Position numbers and translations under genes: made by a program
The notes under the pieces: generated by a model
What the model saw: only the letters and a program-made list of their open reading frames with translations
Database searches by the model: none
Told to the model about the DNA's origin: nothing
Assembly: GCF_964188315.1 (NCBI RefSeq)
Contig: NC_135655.1
Span: 42,532,001-42,596,000, forward strand
Direction: 5' to 3'
Length of the DNA: 64,000 bases
DNA from: Podarcis muralis
Lineage: Eukaryota
Shown here: piece by piece, positions 35,601-50,600 of the stretch
Position numbering within the stretch: position 1 is the first letter of the stretch
Layout: each line of letters begins with the position of its first letter

Positions 35601-38600
35601 CACCGCGGAACGCAACCTGAAAATACTTATCCCGAAGCTACTTCAACCTGAGGTATGACTGTACTTATTTACTTTAGAAGACCTGGTTCCTCCCTGCCCC
35701 CCAGTCTTTGCATTGTTTGTTTAACTAGTCAGTAGTGTAAGCTGGCCTTACCATTTTGGTATCTGAAAGTTAGGTTAAATGTGCTTAGAAGTTAAGTACA
35801 GTGGTATACCTCGGATTACATACGCTTCAGGTTACAGACTCCGCTAACCCAGAAATAGTGCTTCAGGTTAAGAACTTTGCTTCAGGATGAGAACAGAAAT
35901 TGTGCTCCGGCGGCGCAGCAGCAGCGGGAGGCCCCATTAGCTAAAGTGGTGCTTCAGGTTAAGAACGGACCTCCGGAACGAATTGAGTACTTAACCTGAG
36001 GTACCCCTGTATAGGCAGCAACCATTTTGCATGGGGGCTCCATTCCTGGCCCCCACACCCATCAGTGGAACATGCATAAGCCCGTTCCACCCCCAATCCT
36101 CCCCTCCAAAAGGACCTGTGTTTTGGCAGTCACATGTCAGTTGGACGTTCCTAAAGTGGTCGCTGCCTGTACATAAGTTTCAGTAAACAGTTTGTTTCTT
36201 TTTCTTTTTTTATAGGATAATGTAAACAACAAGCAAGAATGGAGCAAAATGGATAGGACGCTTCTCTTCTCAGATGAAAATGAAATGGATATGACGTCTG
36301 GTCACACTATAATAATTAAGCATGCCACTGAATTGAAACAAGAAGTTATACAAATGAATGATCTCAGTTTTAATAGCTGCGCTACAAAGGAGAATGAGTC
36401 CTGTTTGTCTCAACAGAAGACAAACACTGAAAACACAAACAAAATAAATTTTGATGACTTCTTGAAAAGCTTGAAGTCCACTAAACTATTTCCTTCACCC
36501 ATTGCTTCAGAGGCTTCAGAAAGAAATGTGTGTCCTTCAAAGGAGAATGTATATACCTACTTAGAAGGCGGAAATAGCAAGAACACAGATTTTGGAAGAC
36601 CCGCTAACAGGCAAAACTATGCAAACGTTAATGAAGGAGGTGTTCGCATAAAAAATGCTAGCAGTGATGCCTCAGTGTCTTGTTATCAGGGAACTATTCC
36701 ATTTTCTATGCCCTTCGGATCTGTTACTTCTATGCCTGTTCTACATGGTAACACTAATAGAAAAAGTGGGGTTTTAAACAATGCAGCATCCTTAAATTCT
36801 GCAGATAAAACTTCTATATTTGGATTTGGTGAGGACATGGAAATAACTAAACCCACATACTTAATAGATAATCCTATAAATGCTGCTGGATTCCAAGATA
36901 TGCCATCTCAAGAAATGGGAATTGGTAAGAAAGGTATAACTCTATTAGATAAGACAGTTTTATTTTCCCTGAGTGAAGACAATGAAATGGAGTTTACCAA
37001 GAGCTGTACAGTAGCTGCGCAGTATGATATACAGCAGTGTGAAAGAACATCTCAAGTGCCCTCCTTACAACCTTTGGATAAAACTGTTTATCATAACAAC
37101 ATGGACGAGACTAAAGCCATAACAACCATAATAGATCAACCTGTAAAAGCTGCTGGTGCCCAAGCTATGCAAAAACAAAGTGAGTTGGGATCAACTAATG
37201 TAACCGGACCAGCTTGTGACAAAACTCTTGTATTTCCCCAGAGTGAAGACAATGAAATGGAGTTTACCAAGAGCCTTACAATGGCAGTAGAGGAAGCTCC
37301 TCTAGCACAATCATGGATACCTGCAGGGAGTACCAACATGTCTGTATTTAGCAGTAACATGACAATAAGCAAGTCCACAGCTTTTCCAGAAGGTAAAACG
37401 ATTATGTATATGCACAATAACGGCATGGAAGTAACTAAGCCTATAAGTCACATAATCAATACATCTCGAGAAGATACTGCTTTCAAGCCTTTGCAGCTGA
37501 AGAAAAAAGAGATGGACAAGGTGATTCGATCAAGTTCAGCCAAGGAAGAGACCATGTGTTGCTTGGATAAAGACAATGAGATGACGTTTATGAGGAGCCA
37601 TACAGTGTCAGTAAACAGTGATATTATTATCCCATGGGCCAAGGTAGCTACTCAAGTACTGTCCTCCGCTCCGATAGATAAAAACAGTATGTCCACACAC
37701 AGCAGTGATGCAGCAATAACGAAATCCACTACTTTTGTTCCTGCAAATAAAACGATAATGTGTAATAACTCAATGGAAATAACAAAACCCATATCGAGTG
37801 CATTTTTAAACAGATGTTTCAAGTCTTTGCCACAGCAAGAGATGAGCAATACCACAATACCAGGCTCAGTTACAGATAATACTGTTCTTGCCCTACATGA
37901 TAATGAAATGGAGATGACAAAGTGCCATACAATAACTGTAAATGTTGATAACATCTCCCAGTCAGAAAATTCTTCCCATATACAGTTTCATCAGGATGAT
38001 ATGAACATTGCAGGACCTTATGCCATTACTAAAAACCCTAAGGGAAACTTGCCTTGGAATGTGATGAAGCTGGAAATGGATGCTGGATGGGAACCCTCGT
38101 CAGATCAAATTGCAACATTAGCTATGGCTGGCACAGAAATGGTTAAAAGGCAGACAGTGCCATTTGACAGCAGAACATCCCTGTATTGCCAGCCAGCTAG
38201 CCAAGCTAAGCTCTTAGGCCACCCCAATAAGACTGATGCATTTGCATTTTACCAGGATGGCACAGAAGTCACAATCCTGCCACCTAGTGCTGCTGTTAAT
38301 GGGAACCCGGAGGCACCTGAGAAACAAGAAATGCTAACTAAAAACTTAAGACAGAATTTAGGTAATGTACCTTTCCCTACATGTAGGGGGACATTGCAAG
38401 ATATAGAAGCTACTAGAAATCAAGCAGTTATCACTTACGACCCGAACTATCCATGTGATGCTGAGAGACAAAGACCAAAGTCCTCGACAAGGTCAGAAGA
38501 AAAGGCTTTTGGATTTTTAGGCAGTGAGAACATGGAGGTGAATGGTGTTAAAAATCAATGTTTTCATTCTTGGACGAAATCTAGCTCTGAATTTCCCCAT

Positions 38601-41600
38601 TTCAGTTATGGGGGGAAACACGATGCCCAAATTGACAATGATATCTCTCAAAAATGCAATTCACCTGCCAGCGTGACGCTACCTATAGCTCTGGAAATTG
38701 TCCCAGAACAACAGAACTTTTTGAAAATCCAAGAGAAACAGCTGGAATCCTGCACATTTAAAGCTAATTTTGCAAAAGAATCTACCTTGAATGATGGATA
38801 CTGTGAAAAAAATGATTTTACATTTCCAGTTAAAATGTCTGCGTCGTATACAAAGTTACATGAGGAAACTGTTGTTGAATCAAACACAGAGAGAATGTGC
38901 ATATCAACTGCTGAATTCAAGAGCCTGAAAGATGATCCAAGAAAGTTATCTCAGTCAAGACAGGTTGGTAGGTTTGCTGGAGAAACAGAGGCTTTTCCAG
39001 TTGATAAAATAACTAAAAAATGTGGTACTGTGTTGTGTGACTGGAGTAGCACTGCAAAAGATAATAACATGGACCCTCCTCCCGTCAATAACGTTACTTC
39101 AGAGGAGGAACCAATCCTTTTGTCTAAACTATCTGATGTTGTCAGTGATTGTTCAAAGCTTAATGGTAATGGGAAGAAGTCTGAACTTTTCCTACCCTCT
39201 CAAGACATTGGGAAAGAATTGCCCCAAATGGCAGTGAAGCCAGCTGATCATTTGGAGTTGAGAGAAGATGTAAAAAAAGTGTCTAATATTCCTACTGCTT
39301 CTAATGAGTGGACAAACAATGATTTTACAGATGTTGCTCCTCTCTCCGTGCCCTTAAATGCCATGTGGAACGATAGCTGTAAGATGAAAAAATCAGCCCT
39401 GGGTATCTTCCCACCTAAACTGCCAAATAAAAGGAAGCCTACTGTTTCTAATGTAGAATATATTGGTGCCAGATCAGAAGAGAAGGTAGAAACTCAAGGT
39501 TCAAAAATCACTCAGTTTCTCAGGAGATCCCTGGACAAAGTTACCCCCAACTTGAGTCCATCTCATTATATAGATGAAGAACTGCTTCCTGCATGTGTAG
39601 GTGAAGTGGATTTTGATGAGTCTTTAGGTTGTGAAGTGCCAGAAAAGCTGATGAATGAAAAGGAGCTTGCTGATACAGAAGGCTGTCTGCTTGGCGTGTT
39701 TGAAACAAGTAACAGGAAGAGAAGGTCTTGGAATCAAGATGATGAGAAACTTCAGCAGGAAAAGAAGCTCAAGACAGACGAGGGCTGGAATGATGCAGTA
39801 GAGTTAAAGCAGGTGGGTTTAAGATGACTGTTTGGCACTTGGTCACATTTTCTCGCGTCTGTAAAATCACCTATGAATTAATGAACAAGTACATATCTAA
39901 CAGTGGGTTTTATCCTAAAGGAAGCTGAAATGGTATAGTAGCTATAAATTCATTAAGTGGTTTGGGGCAACTGATTATTCTTTCAGTTGTAGTGCTGTGC
40001 TCCTGAAGGGTGGGTAAGAAATAACATTTTTTTAAAAATCAGGTGGTCTTTCAAATATTTGGTGATCCACAGCAAACAAAGAAATAGTTGAGTTGCTGTA
40101 TCTACAAAATAATCTTGCTAATTTAACTTTTATTGAATAATTATTTTTTATTTTAGCCCCTCTCCAGCACAATGTTAGCTCATGAAACACAGGAAGATGA
40201 AAATGTTACCAACCTATTAGCTACAAATATGGAAAAGAAGCAAACCAGCAACAGCAGCTCTTTGGATTCGGTTAAGGCTGATACAGACTTCTCTAGTAAG
40301 AATTCCTTCTTATCTGATTATATTGATTTCAACTAATTCCATCAGTAAAGAACACTACAGTATCCTGTATGTGATAGAGGTATTCAGGAATGAATGGCTT
40401 CACAAGCACACCTATGCAAATAGGATAGACAAGCTTCTAAATGAGACACTCTTGTATTTAGTGTCATCTAAGGGTTCCAATGGAATTTCTCAAAATAACT
40501 TGTCAAAAGATTATATCTGATTTGTGCCCATATGCATAGTCTTGCTTCGTCAGGTTACTGTTCTACTTTTGCAAGTCCAAATAGACCCGCCCCTGCCCCC
40601 TTTGCATTCCAACAATATCTTAGAGCAAGAAGCTGCTGGAGGAGAGGACAGTGAATTGAGGTCTACTTAGTTTGGAGCAATTTTCCTTTCTCAGCAGCCC
40701 TGTATCCCTGCCCCACCCACTCCAACCCTCTGGTGAAACTTTTGAGTGCGTGCAGATAGCTATAGTGGTGAGTTGAGCCAGTAAAAAAATATCCTGTAAA
40801 CTTATTTAACCTACTTGGAATCCAAACCATCACCTCTGATTAGAGTCTCCTCTGAGATTCTTCTTCAAAGTGGGAAGCTATAATGGAAAAAAGTGCCAGG
40901 TCCTCTGTTCTCTTACAGTTTTCAATCATACTCTTACCGCATTTCACCCTTTCTTCCTTTGGTACTGCTAAGAACGCAGCTGCCTTGCTGGTTAAGACTA
41001 GAAGTCCATCTCCTTCAGTGTTCTGTTTTCAAAAAGAGCCAGCAAGCCCACACACAGGGTATGATGAATATAGATAGGCTATTTGCCCCAGTATTTATGG
41101 AAGTCTATTGACACTAATAAGAAGCTTATGTTCTTAGCTTTTAAGGTTAATCGCTATTGATAGATGGATCCTTAATAGCTATTGATGGTTGATCCACCCT
41201 AAACTTGTCCAATGCTGTTGAAAACTCTGGCATTGTTGCATATTGTTTTGGTAAATTCTAGAAGATACCCATGTATTAAACCAGTGTTTTTCAACCTTTT
41301 TTGGGCAAAGGCACACTTGTTTCATGAAAAAAATCACGCGGCACACCACCATTAGAAAATGTTAAAAAAATTAACTCTGTGCCTATATTGACTATATATA
41401 AAGTAATTATCTTGAATAGGAATCAAATAAACACAAAGAAAGTAGTTTATAATTGCTTTATTGTGAAATAGTAAGTAAACAGAAATATGAAAAATTATAA
41501 AATACTTTATTTTTAAATCTTTCGAGTTTTTCAATTTTTCCCACGGCACACCTGGCAACATCTCGCGGCACACTAGTGTGCCGCGGAACAGTGGTTGAAA

Positions 41601-44600
41601 AACACTGTATTAAACTGTCTACTGAAGGCTATTGGATGGTGCCTCCTCTCTCTGCCAGGAGGAACATAATGGCAAGGGGAAAACTAGCCTGGCCCTGGCC
41701 ATTGATCAGAAATGAGCAACTGCAGAGAGCTACTCTTCTCTCCCCTCCCCCGGAAAAAACTGTTCCAACTGCCAATTGCCCTGAGATTTAGAAGCAAAGG
41801 AAAAGGCACATGTCCTGCATTGGTCAGAGCATCAGGAGCTGCTGCGTGTAATCTGCTTTGAATAGTATTTGAATAATCTAAAGATTTTACATAACATTTT
41901 TTATGCTTCTAGTATTTTGAGAGCAGCATTTTGATATTAACTACACTATTTGTATTATTACTATTTTATATACCTCTGTATTATGAATTGGGGGTGCAGA
42001 TCTACTCGGTTACAGGCACTTCATTGTTAAGATCTCAAAGATCACCAGGACTTGATCTAACAAAGATCACAATCCTAAATCAAATATAATAAAAATCACT
42101 TCAGACCACTAATCTAGACTGAAGTGGCCTCCACTTAACATTGATATATTGTGGGTATTCTGTATATAATTGGGACACAATTTCTTGTTTACCATGTCTG
42201 TTTCCCCCCCTAGTTCAGCAAAATAGTGAAATGGAGATTCCGCTTCTCACGAACATTATTTGTGACCAAAATTTGAAGGAGGTATGTAAGAAGCTTAAAG
42301 CCCTTTAATTCTCTTATCTGTGAACAGTGTATATATTGCTGCAGTTATAGAATAACACCCCTAGTGATATCCAGCAGGCTTCCATTTTAGATGTGTAATG
42401 TAAGACATTTAGATAGTCTTCTCTCTGTTACCAGATGCCTCTGAATGTTACTGCTGTTTATTTGTTGTGTTTGTGTTGTTTCTGCTGAGGCTGCTTTTTA
42501 TTAATTTATCATTTTAATCTTGGTATTATGATTTCTGTTTGTTTTTGATCTAGCACCTCAGGTAATACTAAGACTATTTTAAGTAGTTATGTGTGAACAC
42601 TTCATTTTCAGAAACTGCAGGATGGTACTATCACAGTCGGTGAATTTTTCACACTCCTCCAAGTTGATGTGATACACTCTCCTCACCAGAGTTTGGTCTC
42701 ACCCAAAGTAAGCATACAGACATACAGATCTACATTTAATAACATGTAAAATATGTGTTTGGAAATTGTTACAAGACCCACACTATATATACTCGTAAAC
42801 TCTTTTTGACTTTTTGCTTCAGTTTCAGAATGAGCTTGGTGATGACTTGTACCATATGTTAACTGAGATCCATTAGTACTTTTATGAGCTTTTGTAACTC
42901 TTCATGCAACCATTACAGTCGGCGACATCTTCATTAACCATGAACTTGGCCAAAGTTTGCTTTTGCCTTTCTTGCTCTTGGGCAATTTAAAAAGCTTCTG
43001 GTCTATTCAGAACTCCTGCAGCAATAAAGACACACTTAACATCTGGCTATAATTCTTCTATTTGAATATACATCATGTCTTTTGGACTCTTAAATATATG
43101 AAACCCTGTTGACTTTTATTTTCCTCTCTATAGCATGCAGTTAACACAGCTCTTACCCCGGAAGATGAGTTTTTGAACGAGTACGTTTACTGTCCCAAGT
43201 TCCAAATTTACAAAGAAGATTGCCAAGCTCTCTACAAGATAATAGAAGAGTAAGATGCTTGCAAATTTTGTTCATAGAGTATATTTTTGATTACTGCAAC
43301 TTCTGTCAGATGTGTGTTATCATTGATATAAGTTGATCTCTTCAATAGGGTTTGCATGACACTTTTGCTGGGAGTTTCCCAAGCTCTTTTAAATGCAGGT
43401 ATTGAAGTTGTCTGTGCGCCTTACAAGTATGCTGGAGAATGCAGGCACTTATCTCTTCCATATTTAGCTTTTCCTCCCTCCCACCCTTTGCTCCCAATTT
43501 TCTGGGATACAGTGGCCATATCCGTTATCTGAACCCTCTTATTAACTAGAAGAGATTGAAATTGGTGATAAAAAAAATCAGGCAACTATAAATGGTTATC
43601 TCCCTGTACGCTTCCACAATTGTTTTATTGTTTACATATGTATACAGAAAAGAAGTGAATGAAGAAAGATGTGATTTAGGTAGAGATGCTGGAGGATTTA
43701 ATTTACTTTTAGAACAAACTTGGCTGATTCACTATACTTCAAGAAATGCTCTAAGAAGCAACTGGATGTCATTCATTAAATGTTGCCTCTTCCAGGGTAA
43801 TTGTACAGAAAAAAGGAGGCTGTCAACATTGGCACCACCGTTACACTTACACATACACACACACCACTACAATTATTTAGGAATAATTATACACATAATA
43901 ATATATGGCTGCTTCCTGGAGCATTTTCACAAATATTTTCAACCTGTGTAGAAGGAGCTGTGTTTTCTAGCTGTTCTAATTAGAATAAAACTGAACAAGA
44001 AAAGAACTAAGAGGCATCCCTCAGTTCACCATATTACAAAGCTAACATTTGTTTATTTACTAAAATGTTGTTTTTAGTTATGAAAAAAAAACAAGGTTGT
44101 TTTAAATTCACACAGAAATGGGGCTTAATGGTGAACATGTGCAGAACAGAAACAGTTGTGATAAAGTACATTACTTCCATCTCTAGATATAAGGTGCCTT
44201 TGATCATGATGAAGGGAGCCAAGCAGTTAAATATGATCGGAGGTCAAAGTGAGCTGAATTAAATGTAGGTGAAATATGTGGCTAGGTAATAGATCATCAT
44301 GTTCTACAGCAGCTAAACCTCACTGAGGTATATTGTCTTGTAAAAGCTTGGAAGGTTTCATACAGATAGCTCAAAAACCCTTAAGCAGTGAGAGCAAAAG
44401 GCCCATATGAGGTGCTGCTACATCTGCATTAGGGCACCTCAGGCCCCTTTTTCAGAGACACCTGAAAATCCTGCAGTGATCTCTGACACAGCTGAATTAG
44501 CTGGAGTCCAAAAAAGAAACAGAGGATATCTAAGTGACACAGATGGGGCTTTTTGGATCATAGCCAATGTGTTCCTGCATAGTTTAAAGTTCTGGATTGG

Positions 44601-47600
44601 ATTGGATGCTGTCAACAGCATACTGTAGTCCAGTACACATAATCTCTAAATAGGACAAATGCTGGATGAGACCAAAGGACTATCTAGTCCAGCATTCTGT
44701 TCCTAAAGGAGTTGGTCACAAGTGCTTGCCCAATGAAATTATGTTCTCAGAAATGCTATCTTAGAATAGTTTCGACATTAAAATCTATGAAGAGCAGAAT
44801 TTATTCCAGGCCAGAATCACAGGTCATTTGAAGGTGCTGCTTATTCTCTTAAGATAGAAGCACACCAGAAATATTATTATATATTATTGTCAGGAAACTG
44901 ACATCGGAGCAGAGTGGAGAGGCTAGGCTCCCCAATTATGCCGGAGAGGGAACCAGTACAGGGGTAGAGAGGGCTTCCGCTGGGGAAGAAAGGCAAGGTG
45001 ACACCAGGAAGAAAGAAGGGATTGAGAGCACTTCGGAGGGGAGGCTCCGAGACTCTTCAAGTGAGGTCAGTGAGGAGAGTGGAGGACCACCGGTGGGGAC
45101 GCCCACTCTGCGCAGAAGGCTTCCGCGCAGAGAGGCGGGAAGGAGGCTGTCCGTGAAGGAATTTTTATGTTGGAAGAAGTTTAGGAAACGCCCACTGACG
45201 GATTCTGCCAGCGACTGAAGCAGTCGTGCCCAAGGGGGGCTGCTCAGCCGGGGAAAACGCAACCGCCTCACGCAGTTTGGAGCAGGTGGAGGTTACACAC
45301 AAGCAACCCCAATTCCCATGATAATTATATTATATATTATATAATATTATAATATATTAAAATGTTATATATAAACAGGGCTTTTTTTCAAGCCGGAACT
45401 CACTCAAACTCAGTTCTGGCACCTCTTAGGTGGGCACCATTGCCATTCTAAGAGAACAAGGGAGGCATTCATGGTGAGTTCTGGTACCTCTTTTTCTAGA
45501 AAAATTGCACAATGTAATTATTACAATCATTATTTATAATTAATATTTCAGATTAAAATTGTATGCAGAATACCAGCATAAACTTCTGGTGAATGTGAAC
45601 AAAAGTCTATGGGGAGTAATGAGAACCTGTTCGGATGAGGAGGTATGGGCAACTGACTCATTCTGAATAATTAAATGTTTGTTTGTTTGTTTGTTTAGAA
45701 AGCTACAGATTTCTAATGCATTTGCATCTCTCATGGCAGTTTGCAACAATTAAAAACAACAATCCCATACAGTGGTACCTTGGTTCTCAAACGTAATCTG
45801 TTTAGGAAGTCCGTTCAACTTCTAAAACATTTGAAAACTGAGGCACAAAGGGTGGCTGCAGGTTCAATTGGAAAAATTGGAAAACATGCAGCGAAAGCCG
45901 TTCAACTTCCAAGGTGCATTTGAAAACAGAAGCAATTACTTCCGGGTTTTTGGCGTTCGAAAACTGAAACGTTCGGCTTCTGAGACGCTCGAAAACCGAG
46001 GTACCACTGTAATAGAAATAAAACAATTTAAAGGCAGAAGCAGGCTTGGCAGATCAAAACATTACAAAATGAAAGACCAATGGTTGCCAGAAAAGTAAAC
46101 TTTCAGTCAGTTAGTAGAAAACTGTAAGAAAAGGAGCCAATTGGTTCCCACAGGAAGGATATACCACAATTTGGGCATTGGAAGTTCCTCTTTTGTCTCA
46201 TCAACCATACCTTGGTCACAAGTGGGACACAATTAGTATAGGGCTCAGCAATATATTGTACAAAGTGGTCAGGCTAATGTAAGAAGAGATGGTTTCTCAG
46301 TGATGTTTCTAAATCAGCATAATAAAACACTGCAAAAAAATCTGTTGGTGGAGGGAAGAATAATGCAATAAAATCTAGATCTGTAGCATTGAAGAGTACT
46401 TTTAATCAAATGGGGTGTAGTCTGCATAAACTAGTTTTGTGGTATATTCTTATACAAATAATGAGCAAACAGAGAGAGAGATCTGTTGCAGACATGCACC
46501 AAGGGCCAAACTACACATTGCAAATGAAGGGTGAAGCCACTTACTCTAGGGACACCTCCATAAAGAACTTAAATTTGGAGCCAGTGAGCAAACCAGCAAC
46601 ACATGGGGGTGGGGAAAGAAGACAACTTGCCTTTGAGGTGCTTCCCACTGCCAACCAAGGTGCACTTGAGAGGTTCTGTCATTAAAAAATAAAATAAAAC
46701 TATCATGTTCACTTCCAGGTCCCTTATTCTGCTAATGTGTTCCATTTCACTGCAGCTGAAACGCTTTGGAGAAGGGCTACGCGAAATGAAATCCAGTTTC
46801 CTCAAGAAGAGTAAAGTTCTTGCTCACAAAGGAAAAGCAACATTATATAGAAAGCTGGTGCAAAATGGACAGGTAAATTTTTGAGGTAACCAGTGAGATA
46901 ATACTTGGCTGCCTTTCCACGTATAGAGATGCCTTCCTTTTTGCATCCTTCCCTCCTTCCAATGAGTTCTGGGCATTCTACAAAGGACTGTCCTGATTAT
47001 TCCTCACAACAACTATGAGATATGTTCGGCTGAGAGATGAGGGCTCGCCCAAGGTGAGCTTCATGCCTAAACAAGGATTTGAACCAAAGTGTCTCTGGTT
47101 AAAAGTCCAACACTGTAACTGCTGCATTTGAGAGAGGTTGTCTTATTTCCTCATGTCCTTAAACACAGTTCGGTTCCTGGATTTAGCTTCACATTTATAT
47201 TATGGAATAAAATGGGGAAATAGCATGGGTGCTAGAGGAGTTGTGTATCTTAGTTTGGAAAGTGGGGCAGTGGGAAAAGATAGTTTCAATGTAACTTTTA
47301 GCTCTATGGCTAAAACATATAATCCTGTTTGGTGGATCTGCTTGTTTGTAGTTTTCTTTATAATTCTTATTTTTGTTTATTAACGTGGTATAAGTTTAGA
47401 CTTTGAGATAAAGGCTACATAGTGAGCGGATTCCTTACTTGAACAAGACCCTGTATCAAAATATAGCAGTTCATCTAGTGTACTATACTGTCTCTATTCT
47501 CGTCCTTCTCCCCTACAAATCAGTAAAAAGGCATAGTCACTCTGGTGTTCTCTCCTGTGTGTTTTAATCTGATACTGTAAACTGATTTCATTTGGGGCCC

Positions 47601-50600
47601 AATAAAAAGTTTGGGATACCTACTGTTGTCATGTTGCTGAAACAGCTTCTGTGGGCCAGAGCCCATCCTTTGTTGGAAAGACCATTAGGAAATACATGTA
47701 ACAGAAAAATGTTTTTTAAAAACTGATTTTATTTAGTAGCCAGAAATGCCCTTTAATAATATTTGCTTGCTAAGATAGAATCTAGCCATATTTTACATAT
47801 TATAGTACTACTAATAATAAACAATTAACCACATTTTTACATTTAAGCTTCAGTGGGAAAAACTACAGTCAAGATTGGCTAAAGTAGAAGAACTTATAAG
47901 GGAAATGGACAGCTGTCTTCTTGCTCTGGAAACAGGTACAGTCTCAAAAATTACTTTTCCAGTAAAGCCAATTTAAATTAATACCTTTGCAGACTAAAGA
48001 AAGAAAAAGAAAAAAAACGACACCCCTGTTAACATAATTTGGGCATACTTTGGTGTCAAAAAGAAATCAACATTCTTATACACATTAAGATCATAGGACT
48101 AATAAGCTAAGAGCCATGCTAAGAGACAGGCTACATAGAATAAGTCCTCTTAGGCAATGAAAATTATTTGGCTTTTGAAGCTTTTGTGGATACAGTCAGC
48201 ATGTTATTAGTCTATATGTAAATGGATGAACTCCTTTTTTTGAAAACTGATCCTCACAGGAAGTAAAATGTTCTGCTGTGGTGATTTACAATGTCCACTG
48301 GCCCTTGTTGTAGGATGTCTGTAGAAAGATAACTAATATAGTTTTTCCTCTTTTTCTCACTATCCTGTCAAATCAGTGAGCATGACTTGAAACAAGAAGT
48401 CTTTGAATGTTCTCAACTGTGTACCAAAAGTGTAGAGCAAAGCCAATCTCAAACTACAAATATATTATTTTTGGGAATACACCTGAAACTAAAAGTTGGG
48501 AGCATAATTTCAAAGGTTGTATTTCCTGCTAAGTTGACTGGAGTATATGTATAGCATTTTTGAAGTGAATGTTCTTATAAAACACTGCTTAATTTTAGAA
48601 ACTTCTGCATTGGAAGAGTCTGCGCCAGATGTCAATGATGCCATGGCAGAATACAAGTCTAAGATGAGAGACACTGAGAGAGGTACTGGAGCTGTTTTGA
48701 GCTGCATGATACAGAAGGCTGTTAGGACACTGAAATTGTTGTGGCTGTGTTTATTATATAGTCTCCAGATCTTTTTACTAACCTGAGTTGTAGAATGCAT
48801 CTTTCTGTCCTGCCATTGCTGAAAGATATTTTCCTGTACTTGGGGCTGTTTTGACTGATCTACATGGAGGTTACTACGTGTATGAGCTCTGGAAAGCTTT
48901 GATTGGCTGCATCTTTTCAGTGCATGTACTGTACATGCTGTGAATGGAACACCTATAGGTTCTTCATATACAATATCCTGTATGCAGGATTCACTCAATC
49001 CTATACAAATTACATCTGTGTAGGAATTTCATTGAACACCATTTGGCCTTGGAGAATAAACCTAATAGCGTGTTGAGTACTAAACCTGCTTAATCAGACA
49101 GAATAGACAGTTAATGCTTTTCATCAACATTTTGACTCTTACTGTGTGTATTTTCTCATTTCTTAGAGCTGGAAAACTACAGAGCCAAAGAGGAGGCACT
49201 TCAAAGGTAGAATTAAGCATTAGTGTTTGACATGTATTTATGTGTTGTGAAAAACTCTTGGCTTTAATACTGTTCAGGGTATTTGTCAAATGCATTGCAC
49301 TTTTGTTGTACTCCTTCAGAGAGCAATCTAATATCAGAGATAAAAAGAAACAGAGAGCTTCTGAAATAAGCCATCTCAAGGAGTATGCAAACAGATGTCA
49401 GGAACTTATGAAGAAATACAAGTAAGTAAATTCAGTCAATTAATATCTTGCTGTGAAGGGAATCCAATTCAAGTAATATATTGTCTATGTTTACGTGACA
49501 TCAGTGGTATCTTCTAATTTTGTCCCCATGAGCCGGCAATCAGAGTAGGGGTAGGAAAACCATGGTTTCCAGATGCTGGCCATGTTGGTTGGGGCTGATG
49601 AGAGTTGTAGTCCCAGAAAATCTGTAGGGCCACAGGTTTCCTATCCTTGCTCTAGAGTATAACCAAATTGTTTCAACATTCCTCTTCACCTTCAAACAGA
49701 GGATGGCATGGTCCTTATAGGAATGACATTTACTGCTTGGGGAAAACATTTACAAGTAATTGCATTTAACATCAATATTCTAAGTAAAAAGAACAAGTGG
49801 GCACACAAAAGCAGTTTTTATCTTTCCTTCTTTAATGCTTTGTTCCGTATGGTCCATGTGGCTCAAAAAGATTAAGAAATGGGTCCCTAAATACATGTTT
49901 TGTTTAAAAGTGGGTCCTAGGTCTGAAAAAGGTTGAAGGTACCTGCTCTAGTCAACTTAGTGTGTGAGGGAGAAATATATAGGTTTTTCAACTTGCAAAG
50001 GGGACAGATGTTTTAGATAAAGTAGTTCATGACTACTGAACCCCAATTTAAAAAAAAATTAAGGTAGTACAGTGGTACCTCAGATTACATACGCTTTAGG
50101 TTAAAGACTCCACTAACCCAAAAATAGTGCTTCAGATTAAGAACTTTGTTTCAGGATAAGAACAGAAATCTGGCTCCGGCAGCAGCAGGAGGCCCCATTA
50201 GCTAAAGTGGTGCTTCAGGTTAAGAACAGTTTCAGGTTAAGTACGGTCTTCCGGAATGAATTAAGTACTTAACCTGAGGTACCACTGTATTCTTACCAGG
50301 TGCCCAGTAACTGTACATGCACTATCCTTCCCATTGTCTTTTGGTGAATTCATTTTTGATAACTTTTTCTGTTTGTAGCTTCTCTGAGTGGGCAATAAAA
50401 GAGTGGAATGATCACCAGGCTGTTTTCACCTTCCTTTATGATTCTGTTGAGCTCACTCTCAGCCTTGGGCGCCCTGTAGGTGAGTTGCAAAAATACTAAA
50501 AACTCTATCTGCTATATGAAGCACTATAAAAGCACCACTATCTACTCTAGATGTGTTTTTTGATATTTTACTCCTGCCAAGAGGTCCCAAAAGAACTCAG

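Noticed and set aside
44206-44257. Box C (ATGATGA) and box D (CTGA) pair in a KNL1 intron
   Set aside because: Only 52 nt long, with no terminal stem and no recognisable rRNA-complementary guide.
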